Assembly (NCBI GenBank): GCA_964106915.2
Contig: OZ066915.1
Length of the DNA: 64,000 bases
Reading direction: 5' to 3' (one strand)
Source of the DNA: Podarcis gaigeae
Taxonomy: Eukaryota
Under the pieces are notes generated by a model. That model did not search any database. It was not told where the DNA came from and worked only from the letters and a program-made list of their open reading frames with translations. Positions 39,475-53,678 of this stretch are shown here, in pieces (the stretch's first letter is position 1; each line of letters begins with the position of its first letter). A program made the position numbers and the translations under genes.

Positions 39475-39906
39475 TACCTGTATGAGAAGCCAGTATTCTA
39501 TTACAGAGCATGCTAGACCACACGGGGCAGATTGTACTTCTGAAGGGTCCCTTTGTCCTTTTCAGCCAATACCAGGTATTTGATTGGGAAGGATTTCTAG
39601 TGGCAGTCATAAATGGCAGCTCCCAGAACACAAAGTGAATTTGCTAATATAAGTATGAATTGAGGGACAGTGGCTCACACAATGTTAAAGGTATGGAAAC
39701 TAGATAAACAATTGCTAATTCGGATTAAAAATTGCCTAGTTTCTAATAAAAAATACTTAATTTTTTTAAATTGGATTTTAAATTTTAAATTTAAAAAATC
39801 TGATTTTAATGCAAACCGTTAGAAGTTTAATTTACAGTTTAATTCAAAACTGAATCAGTGGCACTCTTATCAAAAGACACTGAATTAAAATCCTACTTTT
39901 CTCTTA

Positions 39907-39935
39907 CAAACAAACAAACAAACAAACAAACAAAC
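39907..39935. repeat. (AAAC)n microsatellite
   Basis: Direct reading. Confidence 0.95.
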
Positions 39936-42571
39936 ACCTCATACCATGGTGGGAAATATCTGACTGGTCATATATCATAATTATGACACAAAGATAATGT
40001 GTTGACCTTGATTGTGAGTTCCCCTGCTCCTGCCAGACGGGCTTTTTCCAGTAAAGGAAGGGGCCCTAATTGGCAGAGACTTGTGCTGACAGCAGGCCTG
40101 TGGAAGCTGGGCTTTCTTGACATGACAGAGTAAGTCTGGCAGGCCCTGGTAGCCCCCTCCCCGCCGCGCCAGCTTAGCCATCTGAGGCCTGGGGCAGTTG
40201 TACCCCACTCCTGCACAGGCCTGGGTGGCAGAAGAGAGGGAAATGTGATTTACTGATTCCATACCCCGCTGCCAGTCTCAGCACAGCTCCCTATTCTGTC
40301 CCAGAGGATTCCCCAACCCTCCAAAACACATTGTACAGAAGCAAAGGGAGCTGCAAGGGGGAAGGAACTACCAATGAAAATTGCCTCTTCCCATATGTAG
40401 GATCTTAGGATCCAAGTCATTGTAGAAATTACTATGGCAAATTATGGAGGTTTACAATTGTACCAACAAGGCAGCCTAGGAAATTTACTTCTATCTCTCA
40501 GACAAATACTTCTTTGATTAGTAAACCACCAGTGCTTCCTTATGCGAAGTCTTGACCCCTATCTGGTGTAAAGGAGCTTTTCCACATACGTGTGATGCTT
40601 GCTGCCCTCACAAGCTGTGCTAGAAAGAATTTTTCTTACGTCCTTCATCGTTCCTTTCTCTGCCTCCTTCCCCCCCACTATTATTTGTTATTAATATATA
40701 TCAAATTAATATATCAAAATAATATATCAAAATAGGTGCCTTTGTTTCTATTTCAGCGTGGTGTGGACTTGAGTTGCGCAGCTACCTTCAGTTAGTATAG
40801 TGAGAATCAGGTGATGTCAAGATTGCACAGGATGTAGGTGAGCAGTGGTGCCCCTTGCTCTGCAATCTGCATTTTAAAGAGCCAATAGGGAAATATTATT
40901 GTGCATTGTATTCATTCATTGCTTCTCTTGCAGTGACTTTTTTAGGTTTCAGTCCAAAAATGGGTTGGTCTCCTTGAATACCACTTCTATTACTTGAACA
41001 TATTTCTCCTGTTACTTGAATATATTTTCCTCTCTGATGATGTAACCAAGTCGCTGGCTGGCTTAAAGAGGAGGGGAATTCAACATCATGCTTATATTAT
41101 TTTTTTTTGCTTTTACACTCTTGCTGCCCAATAGAAAGGACAGACTTTTGGCATTAAGCGCAAGCTGAATCTACAAACTTAGCTTCGAAAGTCAGATTTG
41201 TCTAATGTGGTTTTTCACACATCGTCCAACCACTTTAACTCTGTAGTAAGCCTGGGAAATATTCTGATAAAGCCATCAGAGAGGCTTATCGGACACGCCT
41301 GCAAAAGGTTCAGAGCAAATCTTCAGTGTACATGTTCAGTGCATGCACACACATACATGCATTCCCAAATACTATTCTAGCCAAACCTCCAAATTAGTGA
41401 AACTGAACGAACACAGTAGATAAAGTGTAATAATAGTTGGCATGTGTGTTTCAAAACAAGAATTCCCATGACCTGTAGCAGAGTGAGGAATTTTTTTTTC
41501 TGTTATAAAATGATTTTGGATATAGTTCCACAAACTTATGCAAAGCACAGTCTTCAACCACGATGGATAGGTGTCTGCATTTCATCCTGCTAAAAAAAGC
41601 CAGCTAGTGCTTTGCAGGTTGCATCTATTTAGGATGCAATCCCTTTCAAGCATTTTCTTAGAAAATGTTCCCTGGACCTTTTCAGCGCACATGTAGTCTT
41701 TTTCAAGTAGCATGGCACTTCTTTGCAGCTTACAGTGATGTGGCCACCACTTTGCATAGGAAGCCAGTAAGATTGAAGTTCTGGAGTTGCACAGGTTAGT
41801 TCACACCAAGAATGGACACCGGAAACCACTGAACTTTTGTGCCTTTTTTGGTGTGTGGCAGGGGACTGCTTTCCTAATTTCTGGGACCACAGGAGACTCC
41901 TCCATAGATGTGCCTCTCCTGTGATAACAATAAATGGGCTCATGATTGGCACATAGATTGCATTTTGTTTAGCTAGGGAGATGACTCAAGGGTTTGCATT
42001 TGAATATAACCTTCTGTTTTTCAGCTAGGCAACTCAGTAACCCCAGCGTTTTAGTCTCCCGTACTCTTCCTGAGTGAGTACCTCATTGGTGTTCTGTTCT
42101 ACTTAATGAGATTAATATGCCCGTCCCAAATAGTGCTACATCCTTGTTTGCTGGCTGCCTGATCTTCTCCTCTCTTGAGAAACTTCCTCTGCTTAATTTC
42201 AATTAGCTTTTGAAACTGGAATTAAAAGGGAGGAGCAGACTGGTTCTGATTGGTGTTCCTGATCCTCAGTTCTGAGTGTGGCCAACCAGTAAGTTAAAAG
42301 CCAGAGGAGTAAAGGACACTGGAAGAGTGTGCTTATCTTCATTTTATCTGTTTGACAGATGTTAATCGCTTAGTCACTTAATAATCAGTAGGCATTTAAA
42401 ACAAACACTTTATTCATCCTGCTTAGAATAGGTGTTTGGTCAGCTTCATAAAGATTCATGTTCAAGTTTTGGAGAATAACTTCCTTTGTTTTTGTTTTTT
42501 TCCATTCTTACATGAGTCATACCTATGGAGAAAGATTGCATTATGGGACAGTAATATTTACACACCTTTCC

Positions 42572-42815
42572 TGCAGTGTAGCATAGGGCTAAGAGACTGA
42601 GCTATTAACTGGGAATGCCTTGGTTTGAATTGTGCCTCTGCTATGAACTCCCTGGTTAACCTTAGGTAAATCACTCTGGTCTCAGCCACAGCCCCCTGCC
42701 ATCTACAGTATAGACAAGAATGATACTGGCTTACATTACAGGGGTGCCACAAAGACTACAACTAGATAATGTGTGTGAAGTGCTTTGAACTTTGAAATTG
42801 CTATACAGGTGTTAA
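42572..42815 (+). mobile_element. Ancient MIR/CORE-like SINE (another core remnant ~26780-26890)
   Basis: tRNA-like head, ccttaggtaaatcact..tctcag core, and agataatgtgtgtgaagtgctttg tail. Confidence 0.55.
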
Positions 42816-43794
42816 GTATGTATTGTTATTGCTTCTGCAAAGGAAAAAAATTGCGTAACTTGTACTTTCCTCACACAGTTCATGATGCAGTTAGGAAGGT
42901 TTAGCTGGCTTCAAAATGTATAACAAAACTATGAAGGTTCATTGGTGCTTACCAATGGGCAGGACTGGCCAGTCCACTAGAAGCAATTCATCTCAGGAAG
43001 TAGATGCTGGGATTGGCAGCAGCCACAGCCCCTTTGCCTCACCTCTTGAGCTCCTGGCGATTCCTCTCTGTCAGAGATCAGTGCCACAGGCCTGAACGAG
43101 CCTACTTCCCTCAGGCGCACTGAAGGATGCCATACCGTTGCCAGTGTTGACGTAAGATTCAACTGCCAGTCCATTCAGCTTCTGTGCATGAAATGGAGGG
43201 CTGGGCCTCAGGGCACCATCTTGTCTTCTGCCTCAGGCAGCAAAATGTTTTGGCCTGGCCCTGGTATTTGTGGTAACTGACGGGAACTTTTGGCTTGCTG
43301 TTTTGGGAGAGTATTCCTGTTGCTGTGCTGCATTGTCCACAAGTCGTCACAATTCTGTGGTGGAGTTCTGCGGCGTTGTGCTCTATGCTCCCACCCACAC
43401 AAAATGAACTAAGTGAGCAAGATGCGGTAAAGAGAACAGGGAGAGTATTTGTGTCCCCTGTGGCTCTTTCCCTTCACTCTACAGCTATAAAGTAATGGAG
43501 TCCTGCTGCATAATGAAGTATTTCATTAAAGCTGCCTCCTCTACTTTGTTTTTGGTTACATTTGTTATTTCAAGCAGTATTATTATAGTGTATAAATACA
43601 ATTATTTGTACAAAATATAAATGATTCTGTTGTTTTTGCATAGTACTGGCAAGGTGAGGAGGAGAGGGGCCTACAACTGTGCCTGTAATTACCCGTGTGA
43701 TAAGCAACATTGGAATGTGCTTCACAATGCAGAGCACCATGAAAGAGTACTTTGGCCCTTATGTTCTGGCTTTTTGAGTTGTAGCTCTATGTGA

Positions 43795-44000
43795 CAGTGT
43801 AGTGTAGTGGTTAGAGTGCTGGATTAGGACCTGGGAGACCAAGGTTCAAATCCCCACTCAGCCATGAAGCTCACTGGGACAATTACTCGCTCTCAGCCTA
43901 ACTTGACACACAATGAGTTTTTTAAGCATAAAATGGGGAGAAGAGAACTATGTACGCCACACAGAGCTCCTTGGAGTACAGGTGGGATATAAATGCAATA
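43795..44000 (+). mobile_element. tRNA-derived SINE (Squam2/MIR-like)
   Basis: tgtagtggttagagtgctgga A box, ggttcaaatcccc B box, then actcagccatgaagctcactgg. Confidence 0.7.
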
Positions 44001-47000
44001 AAGCTAGAAAATCCAAAATGTCTATCTCATTGGAAACTCTTTATACTGTCGAATCAGTGGTCCATCGTGCTCAGACTCTTGTGCCATCCTGTCTACACAA
44101 ACTGGCTGTGGCTCTCAGGCCTTCAGGCATTTTTCTCAACTCTCTGAAGATGATGATGATAATGATGATAATTTATTTCTACCCCACCCATCTGACTGGG
44201 TTTCTCCAGCCACTCTGGGTGACTGCCAACAGATGAAAAACGGAATAAAACATCACACATTGAAAACTTCCCTAAGATGATGTGGGTTGAACCTGGGGTC
44301 TTCTGTATACAAAACATACAGTTTACCACTGAACTGTGGCCCTTCTCCATCTTTTTCCTTAGGTGTATTGGATTAGATATAATTGGCCAATGGAATTGGA
44401 CAGTTTCTAGAACTCCTAAAAAACTCTTCCCTTCAGTTGAAGAAAAATATGTTTTAAATGTCACTCTTTTAAAAGGAAATGAAACAGCAGTGTGAAAGAT
44501 GTTGGCATCTTCCGCAAATTCTGACCCATCATGGTCTACACAAAAAAACCTGGCAGAGCAGCATTATATAAAAAAGTGTGACAGGGCAATTTGGAATAAA
44601 ATATTCTCCCCCCCCCCTCCTCTCGGCCTATGTGATGCCATAAGTCCTTTTAAACCTTCAAAAAATCTTGAAATGATTTTTCTGCACCTTATTCCAGAAG
44701 TGTTAGTCTTGGGTGGCAAAAATCACAAAGTGTCTTGTGGCAGCTTAAAAGGCTAACATGCTTATTATGGCATAATCTTCCATGGACTAGACGGCACCAG
44801 GTGGCATAAATAAAATTTGTTAAATTTTTAAAGTAGCAATGCTCCCTGTTGTTTTTGTCCTTTTTTCTTCTTCTGTACTCAGCACATGATTTTAAAAATG
44901 AACTGTGACTTTTTAACCCACTCCGCCCCTTTTCCTTCATTCCTTTGGACTAGGATGTGGAAGGGGTTGGCTGAATTATGTGGCCTGCTTCTGTTTGATT
45001 CTAAACAACAAGAACAATCTGTCAATCAATTAATCAAGCAAGCAAGCACATAAAAGCACAACTACAGACACACTAAGCAGGATTTGTTATCCAATTTTGT
45101 TGGCTTTTGTGTGAAGGTCTGAAATAGAAAAAGTGGCAGTGGATTCTGTAAAACTGTGAAATTATCTTGCTCCTTTAAACCTAGAACAGCAACTTCTTCT
45201 TTCTTAATATTGGTCATTGTGCTGTTGCACATTGTTTGTAACAATAATTAAGTGCTAAGTCGTAAGACAGAAGCTATCCAAGTAGGCTTCTGCTTGTAAA
45301 TGGGTTTTTTTGCTGTAGCTGATGCCACAGTTTGATTTCTCCTGTATGACTCACTTTAGAAAGTCATCTTGGGAATGTGTGAAAAAATAAAGGGAATATT
45401 TTAAGATAATAAATAACTTTGTGTGTTCTGTGTAATCTGAATAACAAATGTTGCACTTTTAGTGTGTGCTGGGGGCGGGGAGTTAAAATTAAGGAGGGCT
45501 CCCCACTGCTCTATTTGGGAGGAGATGAGTAATTATCATCTGGTGGCTCCTCGGAAAACTATTTCAAACCTGCAAAAGTTTTAAATTTGGAAGCTAGAAT
45601 GTCAAGGCCTTCAAGTGATTGAAGTATTGGGGAATCAGTTACACAAACTGAACATCCATATTGGAACTCTGGAGGAAGCTAGACCAGCACAACACAGGTT
45701 AGTTGGTCTTGCCTGTAACTCATCTCACTTCCTAGAGAGGATTGATGGACTTGGCTGTGCCCTGTCCCCCCGCCCATAAGAAGAGTTCAGTGATGGTGGG
45801 AAGAAAATAACCTCATTGGCCTATGACCAATATATGCTTTTAATGTCAGAATGACCTCATGAGCCAAGTGACCATTCCTGTGTCTGCAGTGAGGTCAAAT
45901 GCAACCTCAGAAGCAAACATTATAAGGTATTGGACTTTTAAGAGGCTATTCAGTAGGCTGTCTAATGGGAGCCAGAAAAAGATATCTGATGGCAGCTCAG
46001 GGAGGACCATTCAGTTCTTGCAATAATGTTAGGTTATCGGTGAGTTAAGACAAAGGTGTTGCTCTTCCAAGGGTCTGCTCTCCTATCCCTGCTATATTGT
46101 GGTATTAACAAGCAGCTTTTAGTTGGTAATTGCCAATACTCATTACCATCACTTTTCATTCTGCATTCTTGGCATTTCCTGGCACTACAGGGTCACCAGG
46201 TAGACATTACCTGTGCTAAGTCCAGCCAACCAAGCTTCCTGGCTCTTCTCAACAGAGAGCGCACACTAGCTTGGAAAGGGGCATAAGATCCAAGATGGAT
46301 GAAAAGATTCCTTTGTAAACATAATTTAAGATACTTTGATATCCAGTGAGTGGGAAGCTCTGGCAAATGATAGGACCAAGTGACAGCACAGACTCTTGAG
46401 TGGCCGCACAGAACGATAAGAGTCCTTGAACAGCAACGTGAGTAGAGTTGACAGCAGCACGTCTACTAGAGAGGTGCATAGATGTTGCACATCTAGTCAG
46501 CCTTTTCTCACCTGGGATTGGCACCTGCAGCCTCTAGAAAAAAAAACACGTCTCTGATCCAAGTCATCCAAAGGGAAGTTCCAAGCTTGGTAGCTTCCAC
46601 TAAGGCTACAGGTACATTTACAGATCATGCATGCAACTACATACAGAGCTGTTTGGTGCATCTAGCTGCACGGCAGGGCAAATTAATTATGGCCATGCTA
46701 CCTTGCAAATCCATCCAGTAAGAGTGCTAGCAGCCACCATGGGGTAAAAGGTTGATTGATGTTACCTTCTGTAGAGTGCATAGGAGAGGAACCTTTTATG
46801 GTTTTATTTTAAGCTTGAGTAATCTAGCCATCTCTCTGAGAGAACGTGGTGCTCTTGCCAGGCCCATGGTATTGTTTCTGGCTGTTCTAACTGTTTAGGA
46901 TTTGAGTGCCTGTGACCTAGCATTACTAAAGAAGCAAAGATAAATTATCCTGTGGTCATTGTTTCAGAGCAGTGACCCAAGGAAAAGTTGGAACTCGCTC

Positions 47001-48552
47001 GTTATTAAATAATACGCTTCTCAACATGCTTGATGGGTGTGATTAAATGTTGTCCTTTCCTAAAAGGTATTGAAGGGTTGGGTGGGTTTAATTTGCTTAG
47101 CCTCGGAACCTGTTTTCAGTGCTGTGGCTTAGCTCAGGGGTGAGGAACCTCCTGTTCCATTGGCCTAACTAGTTCCAATATAAGCCCCCCCCCAAAAAAA
47201 AAACCCCACCTCCCCTTTGCCAACTTGCCCTGCACCTGACATATGTGGTGTCAGGTGCAAGGCAGGTAAGGGTATGGCTCCAAAGGAACAACTAGGAGCT
47301 TAAAATGAGTTCCAGATTGTTCCTGTGCAAGCAGGCCTTCTTTGTTGATGGTGCCTTTTGGGTGCTCCCTTACTTTGCAAGTATAGATAATGATCTTATC
47401 ATTGGTGCTTGCAAAGAGTTGTGCCTTTGACCACAACAGTTTGATTTCAAACTGTGTAGCTAAAGGAAAATGAGTCACCTGGCATTGTTGTATCATTGTG
47501 TGATTGACAATCCTGTTTCTGGATCCAGTTCTATACCCGTTTCATCAGAATAAATTGGAAAACAGTGAATGCCCTTGAATATGTGCAGAGGCCTATAACT
47601 GGACTAACTATGGAGTAACTAGAGTCCTATAGTTGGGATTTTGGGGTGGGGGATAGATCTGCAGGTCAAATGGTGCAAATTCCCAGATCAGAATCCCTTA
47701 TTTTGTGAACTAAGCATGTGGATTTCTGCATGCACCATGTGCTACAGTCTTGACTTCCCTGTATGGATTCTCTCCTACTTCCCTTCATTTCCACCCCTGG
47801 ATTTGTGTGTTGGGTAAAGAAAATAGCTGTGAGATTGAATTTGTAAAAGCATTGGCCTTTCCTGCGTATATTCTCAGATATATCATGAGAACTTTTATTA
47901 GTTTTCATAACTAAAGATATTGACATTGGAGGAAGGACGTTTGCAGGTACCTCCCAATATCCTTTCCAAAAGCATTGTTACATGGTGAGCTAGTATAGAT
48001 AATGAAGCTGAAAGGTCAAAAGTTTATTTATTTATTTTGGCCTGTAGTAGAATAGCCTTTTAGGAACTGCTATTTAAAAAATAGCAACAAGAAGCTCTCT
48101 ATATCCAGTCCTTCCTATTCCTATACCGTCATACGGCTACAGAGAATGCCCTTTTTATGCATCTTGCTATTTTAACTTCATTTTCCAGTGTCTTCAACTG
48201 GTTGGCCTTATATAGTGTGAAAAATGAATGCTTGGCTTCAGTTTTAGCTTTCTTAATAAGCTAAAAATCACTGAAGGGCATAATTTACTGTGTTTGAAAG
48301 GATCTTTTAATAGAACCAGAGGCTCCGAATTGACAATGTTCAATAGGCAGCCCCCCCCCAAACATATGGCACAATGCAGGGCCATTCACCCATTCACCCA
48401 TATCAAACCTCCTCCATATCAACCCACACTACATTATGTTGAGAGCAGGTGCACTGCAGAAAGGTATCCGCAGAGCAAATGACTGAGTGACTCAGTTCCT
48501 ATTTTTTATTCAGGAGCTGGCAAAGTCGTATTTTCTTCTGTAATGAGGTGTG

Positions 48553-48554
<2 letters not shown>

Positions 48555-48627
<73 letters not shown>
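48555..48627. repeat. Compound (GT)n-(GA)n microsatellite
   Basis: Direct reading. Confidence 0.95.
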
Positions 48628-48630
<3 letters not shown>

Positions 48631-49769
48631 CATATCAGTTGCTGAAGGATGAGAGAATTTAGCATTAATAACAGTGCATCATAAAAGTCTTCTGACGTTT
48701 TTGTGGATTAGAGCCACTTCATCAGATATGTGGAATGTTATCAGATGGATGGGGTGGAGAATCTCTGGGGCTCCCAACTCCCATCAGCCCTAGCCAGCAT
48801 GGCCCACGGTCCAGGATGATGGCCGTAATAGTCTGGAGAGTCACAGCTTTCCTGTCCCTGGTGCTGGGAAATAAATATGTTAGCTGTGAGGTCAGAGGCA
48901 AAGTGAAATGCAATAAATTCAGGTAGTTGTGATTATGTTAAAGGATAAATGTATGTATAATAACAATGTATAATAGTTGTATTGACTATTCACCAAGCAG
49001 TGTTAAACGCAAATTATTTCATTTGTCAACACTTGTCAGATTTTTAAACAAAAAAACAATTTTCAGAGTGACACTCAACCATGTTGGTCTGCTTGTAGAA
49101 GCAGACTTCTCCTTCTTTTCCTCCCCTTGCAGCCCCCTGCATACCCCCAAAATCTGCTGCAGAGAGTTGGGGGTCTCGTTGACTCCTGCTCATTCAATTG
49201 AATATCTTTAATTGTGTGTGGTATATTTTAATTAAGCATCTTTAAATTAAAAATCAGTCTTCTTTCAGGCATCATGTAGTGTAATCTTCTGTGAGATGAG
49301 ATTACACACACATTTAATGTTGTCCCAGGCAGCTGTTTTTTTAACCCAGTTATGGTTAACTTAGTGCCATTTGTCATGCGGACATGGGCCTAAACTGAAC
49401 CAGTTCAGATGTCTTATTGACCAAAGTATGCCCCTTGTTTGTGCATATTCTCCCTCCTCCCCCCACCCCCCACCCCAGTGCTGGCAATAAATGCATCCTT
49501 TGGCCGAAACAGTCTCCTAGTGTGGCTTTACTGGGCATTCTGGAGTATGCAGTTTAAACACATTAACACCCGGAATGTTGGGCACCAGTATTTTGCTTTC
49601 TAGGTACATAACTGGATTTGCAGTGTGGAAAAAATGTAGTCTTTTTGTGAGCCTTTTCAGAAAATGTAGCAGTCCTATTTCTCTACTTCATCTCCCTGTG
49701 AATGAAATATCTTTAAGTTATAGAAATTTCCAGAAGGCGAGGGCGGGGCAATCCTTCTTTTAGCCAGTA

Positions 49770-49995
49770 CAGTGGTACCTTGGTTTACAACCATAATCTG
49801 TTCCGGAGGTCCGTTTGTAAACCAAAACAGGTTGTAACCCAAGGCGCACTTTCGCCAATGGGGCCTCCAAAATTTTTTTGTTCATAATCCAAAAAATAAT
49901 AATAATGAGTTGTAATAAAAAAAATGTTCCAAACCGGGACACGCACTTCCTGGTTTGATGTGTTTGTAAACCAAAATGTATGCAAGGTACCACTG
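49770..49995. mobile_element. Tigger/pogo-like MITE
   Basis: TA|CAGTGGTACCTTG ... CAAGGTACCACTG|TA. Confidence 0.88.
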
Positions 49996-52900
49996 TATAT
50001 TTGAGGCTAGAGGCTAGGATTGAAAAATTCTTGTCAGATCAGATTGCAATGACCTTCAAATGCATAAGCATTGGTATTTCTCTTCTGGTTCCATTCAGTG
50101 GTTCCTGTAAAGAACTGGTTCAGTGTATTGGCCCCCAAATTTGAATAGATTTCCTGAACAGAATGTTTTGAATTAGTTTCAGACTTGATGTTGTTCACTT
50201 ATATAAAGTTCTGCTTCGTTCTCTCATAGTGTCATGCTTGCCCATCATCATCATTATTATTATTATCAATTTTATTCTTTACTTCCTAAACCACTGTCTG
50301 AAGGTTAGCTACATATAAAATGATTAAAAACAGTTAAAAACACAGACACATTTAAAACAAGTCTACAACCCTAACAAGTGGGCATGAGGTAAAGATCCAT
50401 TTATCCAGCTGGCAAAGCCTTTCTGAACAAAAATACCTTCAGCCATTTCTGGAAATGGCAGATAGTGAGCTTCCGTCATATCTGTTTCACAGAACAGGGG
50501 CAGCCACACTAAAAAGCCCTGCTGTGAGGTACTGCAGGAGAGGCTTTTGAGACCTTTGGAAGTTGCAGGAGAAATTCTTCTGCAGACTGCAGCGATCTAC
50601 TGGGGAAAATGGATAAGGCTGCCTCTCAAGTGCCTTTTACTTCTGCTGGTGCCAGGCAACCATGCTCTCTTAACAGGGCTTTTTTGTTTTGTTAGGATGT
50701 GGTCTGTATACCCAGATATAACAATATATTCATTGTCTAATTTGGCTTAGGTAGGTTGAATATTCCTGGTGTTTTCATCTTGGAACCGTTTGGCGATTCT
50801 ACTGATGTATGGACTATGCTGCTGCATAACTGATTTATTGACTTCAGAGTCAGTCTCTGAAGTGATGGCGTGTGCAACTATTTTCAAGACTGTTACACAT
50901 AATTGAAGCCTCCTGCCTTCCCATGCTTATATGCCTCCCACCACCTATAAACAACAGAGGTGTGAGCAGATTTGGGAAAACCCCAAAGTTTGTAGGTCCT
51001 TAACTCCCTCCCAACCCACCTGTGCCCCCCCCCCCTTAAAGCAACTGCCTGAAAACTCAATGGGTCATTTGTTGCTGTTCATTTTTTCTGTGGGGGAGCA
51101 TCATGTAATCCTGCCAGGAGAATTGGACTGATTGTTTCTCCCACCTCCTACTGCCCAAACATAGTGCTTGTCTCCTCATCCGTTGCATGTGAGAACTAGC
51201 CCTAAGTGGGCATGTTGTAAATGGGTGTCAGCTAATTTACACCTGAATTTTTTATCCTTAGCCTGGACAGTTGTGGAAGAGGAAATGTGCTTTGCTCTGA
51301 CTGTATATTCCATCTCTTACATACTGTAAGGGCCAAACTAGATGAGATGCCATTCACACACTTGTTTAAATAGTTTAAAAAAGTACATAGCAGACTTGGG
51401 AGGCTCATGAACCATATTAGGACTCTGGGGAGTAGGGAGATGTTAACCCTTTGCTTCCTGCTGTGATTCTGATCTGGATCTCGGCCTCTACACCTGCTAT
51501 CTGCACTGGAAGAAAGGCTTCCTTTGTTAGAAATTGGGGCTTTCTTCCAATGCCCGTCCACTCCATGCAAAAAGAATAACAACAGAACAAATCCAAACAT
51601 CCAGTTCTTATCCCTGGTTGTTTAAAAAATAATAGCTGTGGATTCAACTTGTTCTTTGTTCACTTTTTTCATCTGTTTGGTTTCTGTGTTTAACAATATT
51701 TTGCCTATACCTGAAGTGCCTCTCAGTTCTAGAGTGCTTTGTGCAATATAACACAGTGTGATTGAGGTTGTGGGTAGAGGAAACCTGTGGTTCAAACTAA
51801 TAGACTGAATATACCGCAGTGAAAACTTTTCCTCTCCCGTAGTTCAGCGAACAACTGCACATTTTTGTAAATTTATCTGTTAAATTTTTTCCCCATCTCC
51901 ATCCCTGTCCACCCCCCTGAACACACACCTCAGCTTTGTTTGAGAACTTGTGGAGTGTAGGTGGCTAAGGAATTTCATTTCTCTTCAGTGACTCACCACC
52001 AGAATGATTCACTTGTGTATGGAGAGAAAAACGACCCTGAGAGGCAATTAAGTGGCAGGCTGTGCTCAGAATGCTTCGACTGTGTGGCATCGCACAAACC
52101 CGCGCCCCTTTCATTTCTGAAAGCTGCTACCCTTGCCTCTGTTGCTCTCCTACCTCTGTGGTGGAGGTATGCCCTAGTGAGCGGGTTGTGCATCACTTTC
52201 CTTAAGAGGTGGTAGCCATGTACATCTTTGAAAGGCATGTTGCTGATCGCACTGCAGCATTCTACCAGATTTAGCAAGCTGAGGTGTTTGCTAGCAGCCC
52301 AAGCACAGATCTGACCCCAAGGTTTGCAGAAGTACAAAAAGAATCTGTAGATGGGGGGAGAGGACCCATAGAATATAAAAACAGTGGACACAGTAGGATG
52401 ACTGTTGGGAGGGGTGAGGGAACTAAAAACTGGTCAAAGCAGAAGGGAATGGCGTATCCTGGAAAAAGGGCATATCTGGCTGGCTGGAACCATGAATAGA
52501 AGCTTTCAACAATGCCACCTTTTGTTGCACTTGCCAAGGGTAGATTTTAAGATTAAGATATACTTGATTTCAGAGGAATCAATTACCTTTCTTTCTGCCT
52601 GAGCCCCTGTCCTGGGCATTTTTTTTCTGATTAGAAGGTGGCAGAGCCAGAGCAGTAACGCATGCAACATTGCATAAAGCAGCCTCCGTTGGGGAGTTCT
52701 GTCATGATCTGATGTGATCAGGCAGATAGTGGGACTCAGTAGAGTTGCCTGGTCTCTGTGGCGGCTAATTAGAAGGAGGCAAGGCCAGAGCAATGAGTCA
52801 TGCAGGCTCCCAGCAGGCACTGTCCGCTGTGAATGGCTGCTTTGAGTTCATAGCATCCAGCAAAATTATTTCACAAATTTATTTCTTTGTGGCAGATGAG

Positions 52901-53328
52901 TATTCCTTGGTGCAAAGTTTGAGAGTTGCACTAGGTTAGAATAATGATGAGGGTATTAGTCTTAAAAAGTTTGATTCTCAGCTCTGACCATGATTGTCAC
53001 AGATTCGCCCCTCCGCAAGGTGTCAGTTCTTTCTCAATATCAATGCTGGTTTTCTTCCCAAGTGGTAAGCTTCCAGCACAAACAGCATGGCTGACTAGCA
53101 GGACTATGGGATTTGGAGTTCAACAGCACCTGGAGGGCCACAGGTTAGATACTCCTGCTCTAATGGGTTTTAGGTGCTCCCTGGGGTCATATGCAGAGGA
53201 AATTGAAGAGCACTTTCCCCAGGACAAATAATGTCAAATGGTAACACTGCTGTTTATAATGCAGTTGTACTGAAAAGGGTGAAAGAAAAGGAGAAATATA
53301 TTGCTATATAGCTGGCAGGTGTTTCTAG

Positions 53329-53678
53329 TAAAGGTAAAGGTACCCCTGCCCGTACGGGCCAGTCTTGACAGACTCTGGGGTTGTGCGCCCATCTCACTCA
53401 AGAGGCCAGGGGCCAGCGCTGTCCAGAGACACTTCCGGGTCACGTGGCCAGCGTGACATCGCTGCTCTGGCGAGCCAGAGCCGCACACAGAAACGCCGTT
53501 TACCTTCCCGCTGGTAAGCGGTCCCTATTTATCTACTTGCACCCGGAGGTGCTTTCGAACTGCTAGGTTGGCAGGCGCTGGGACCGGGCAGCGGGAGCGC
53601 ACCCCGCCGCAGGGATTCGAACCGCCGACCTTTCGATCAGCAAGCCCTAGGCGCTGAGGCTTTAACCCACAGCGCCAC
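53329..53678 (-). mobile_element. Young Sauria SINE with 37-bp TSD
   Basis: Reverse SINE lacking the first ~9-10 nt of the head. AGAAATATATTGCTATATAGCTGGCAGGTGTTTCTAG occurs at 53292-53328 and 53679-53715. Confidence 0.95.
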
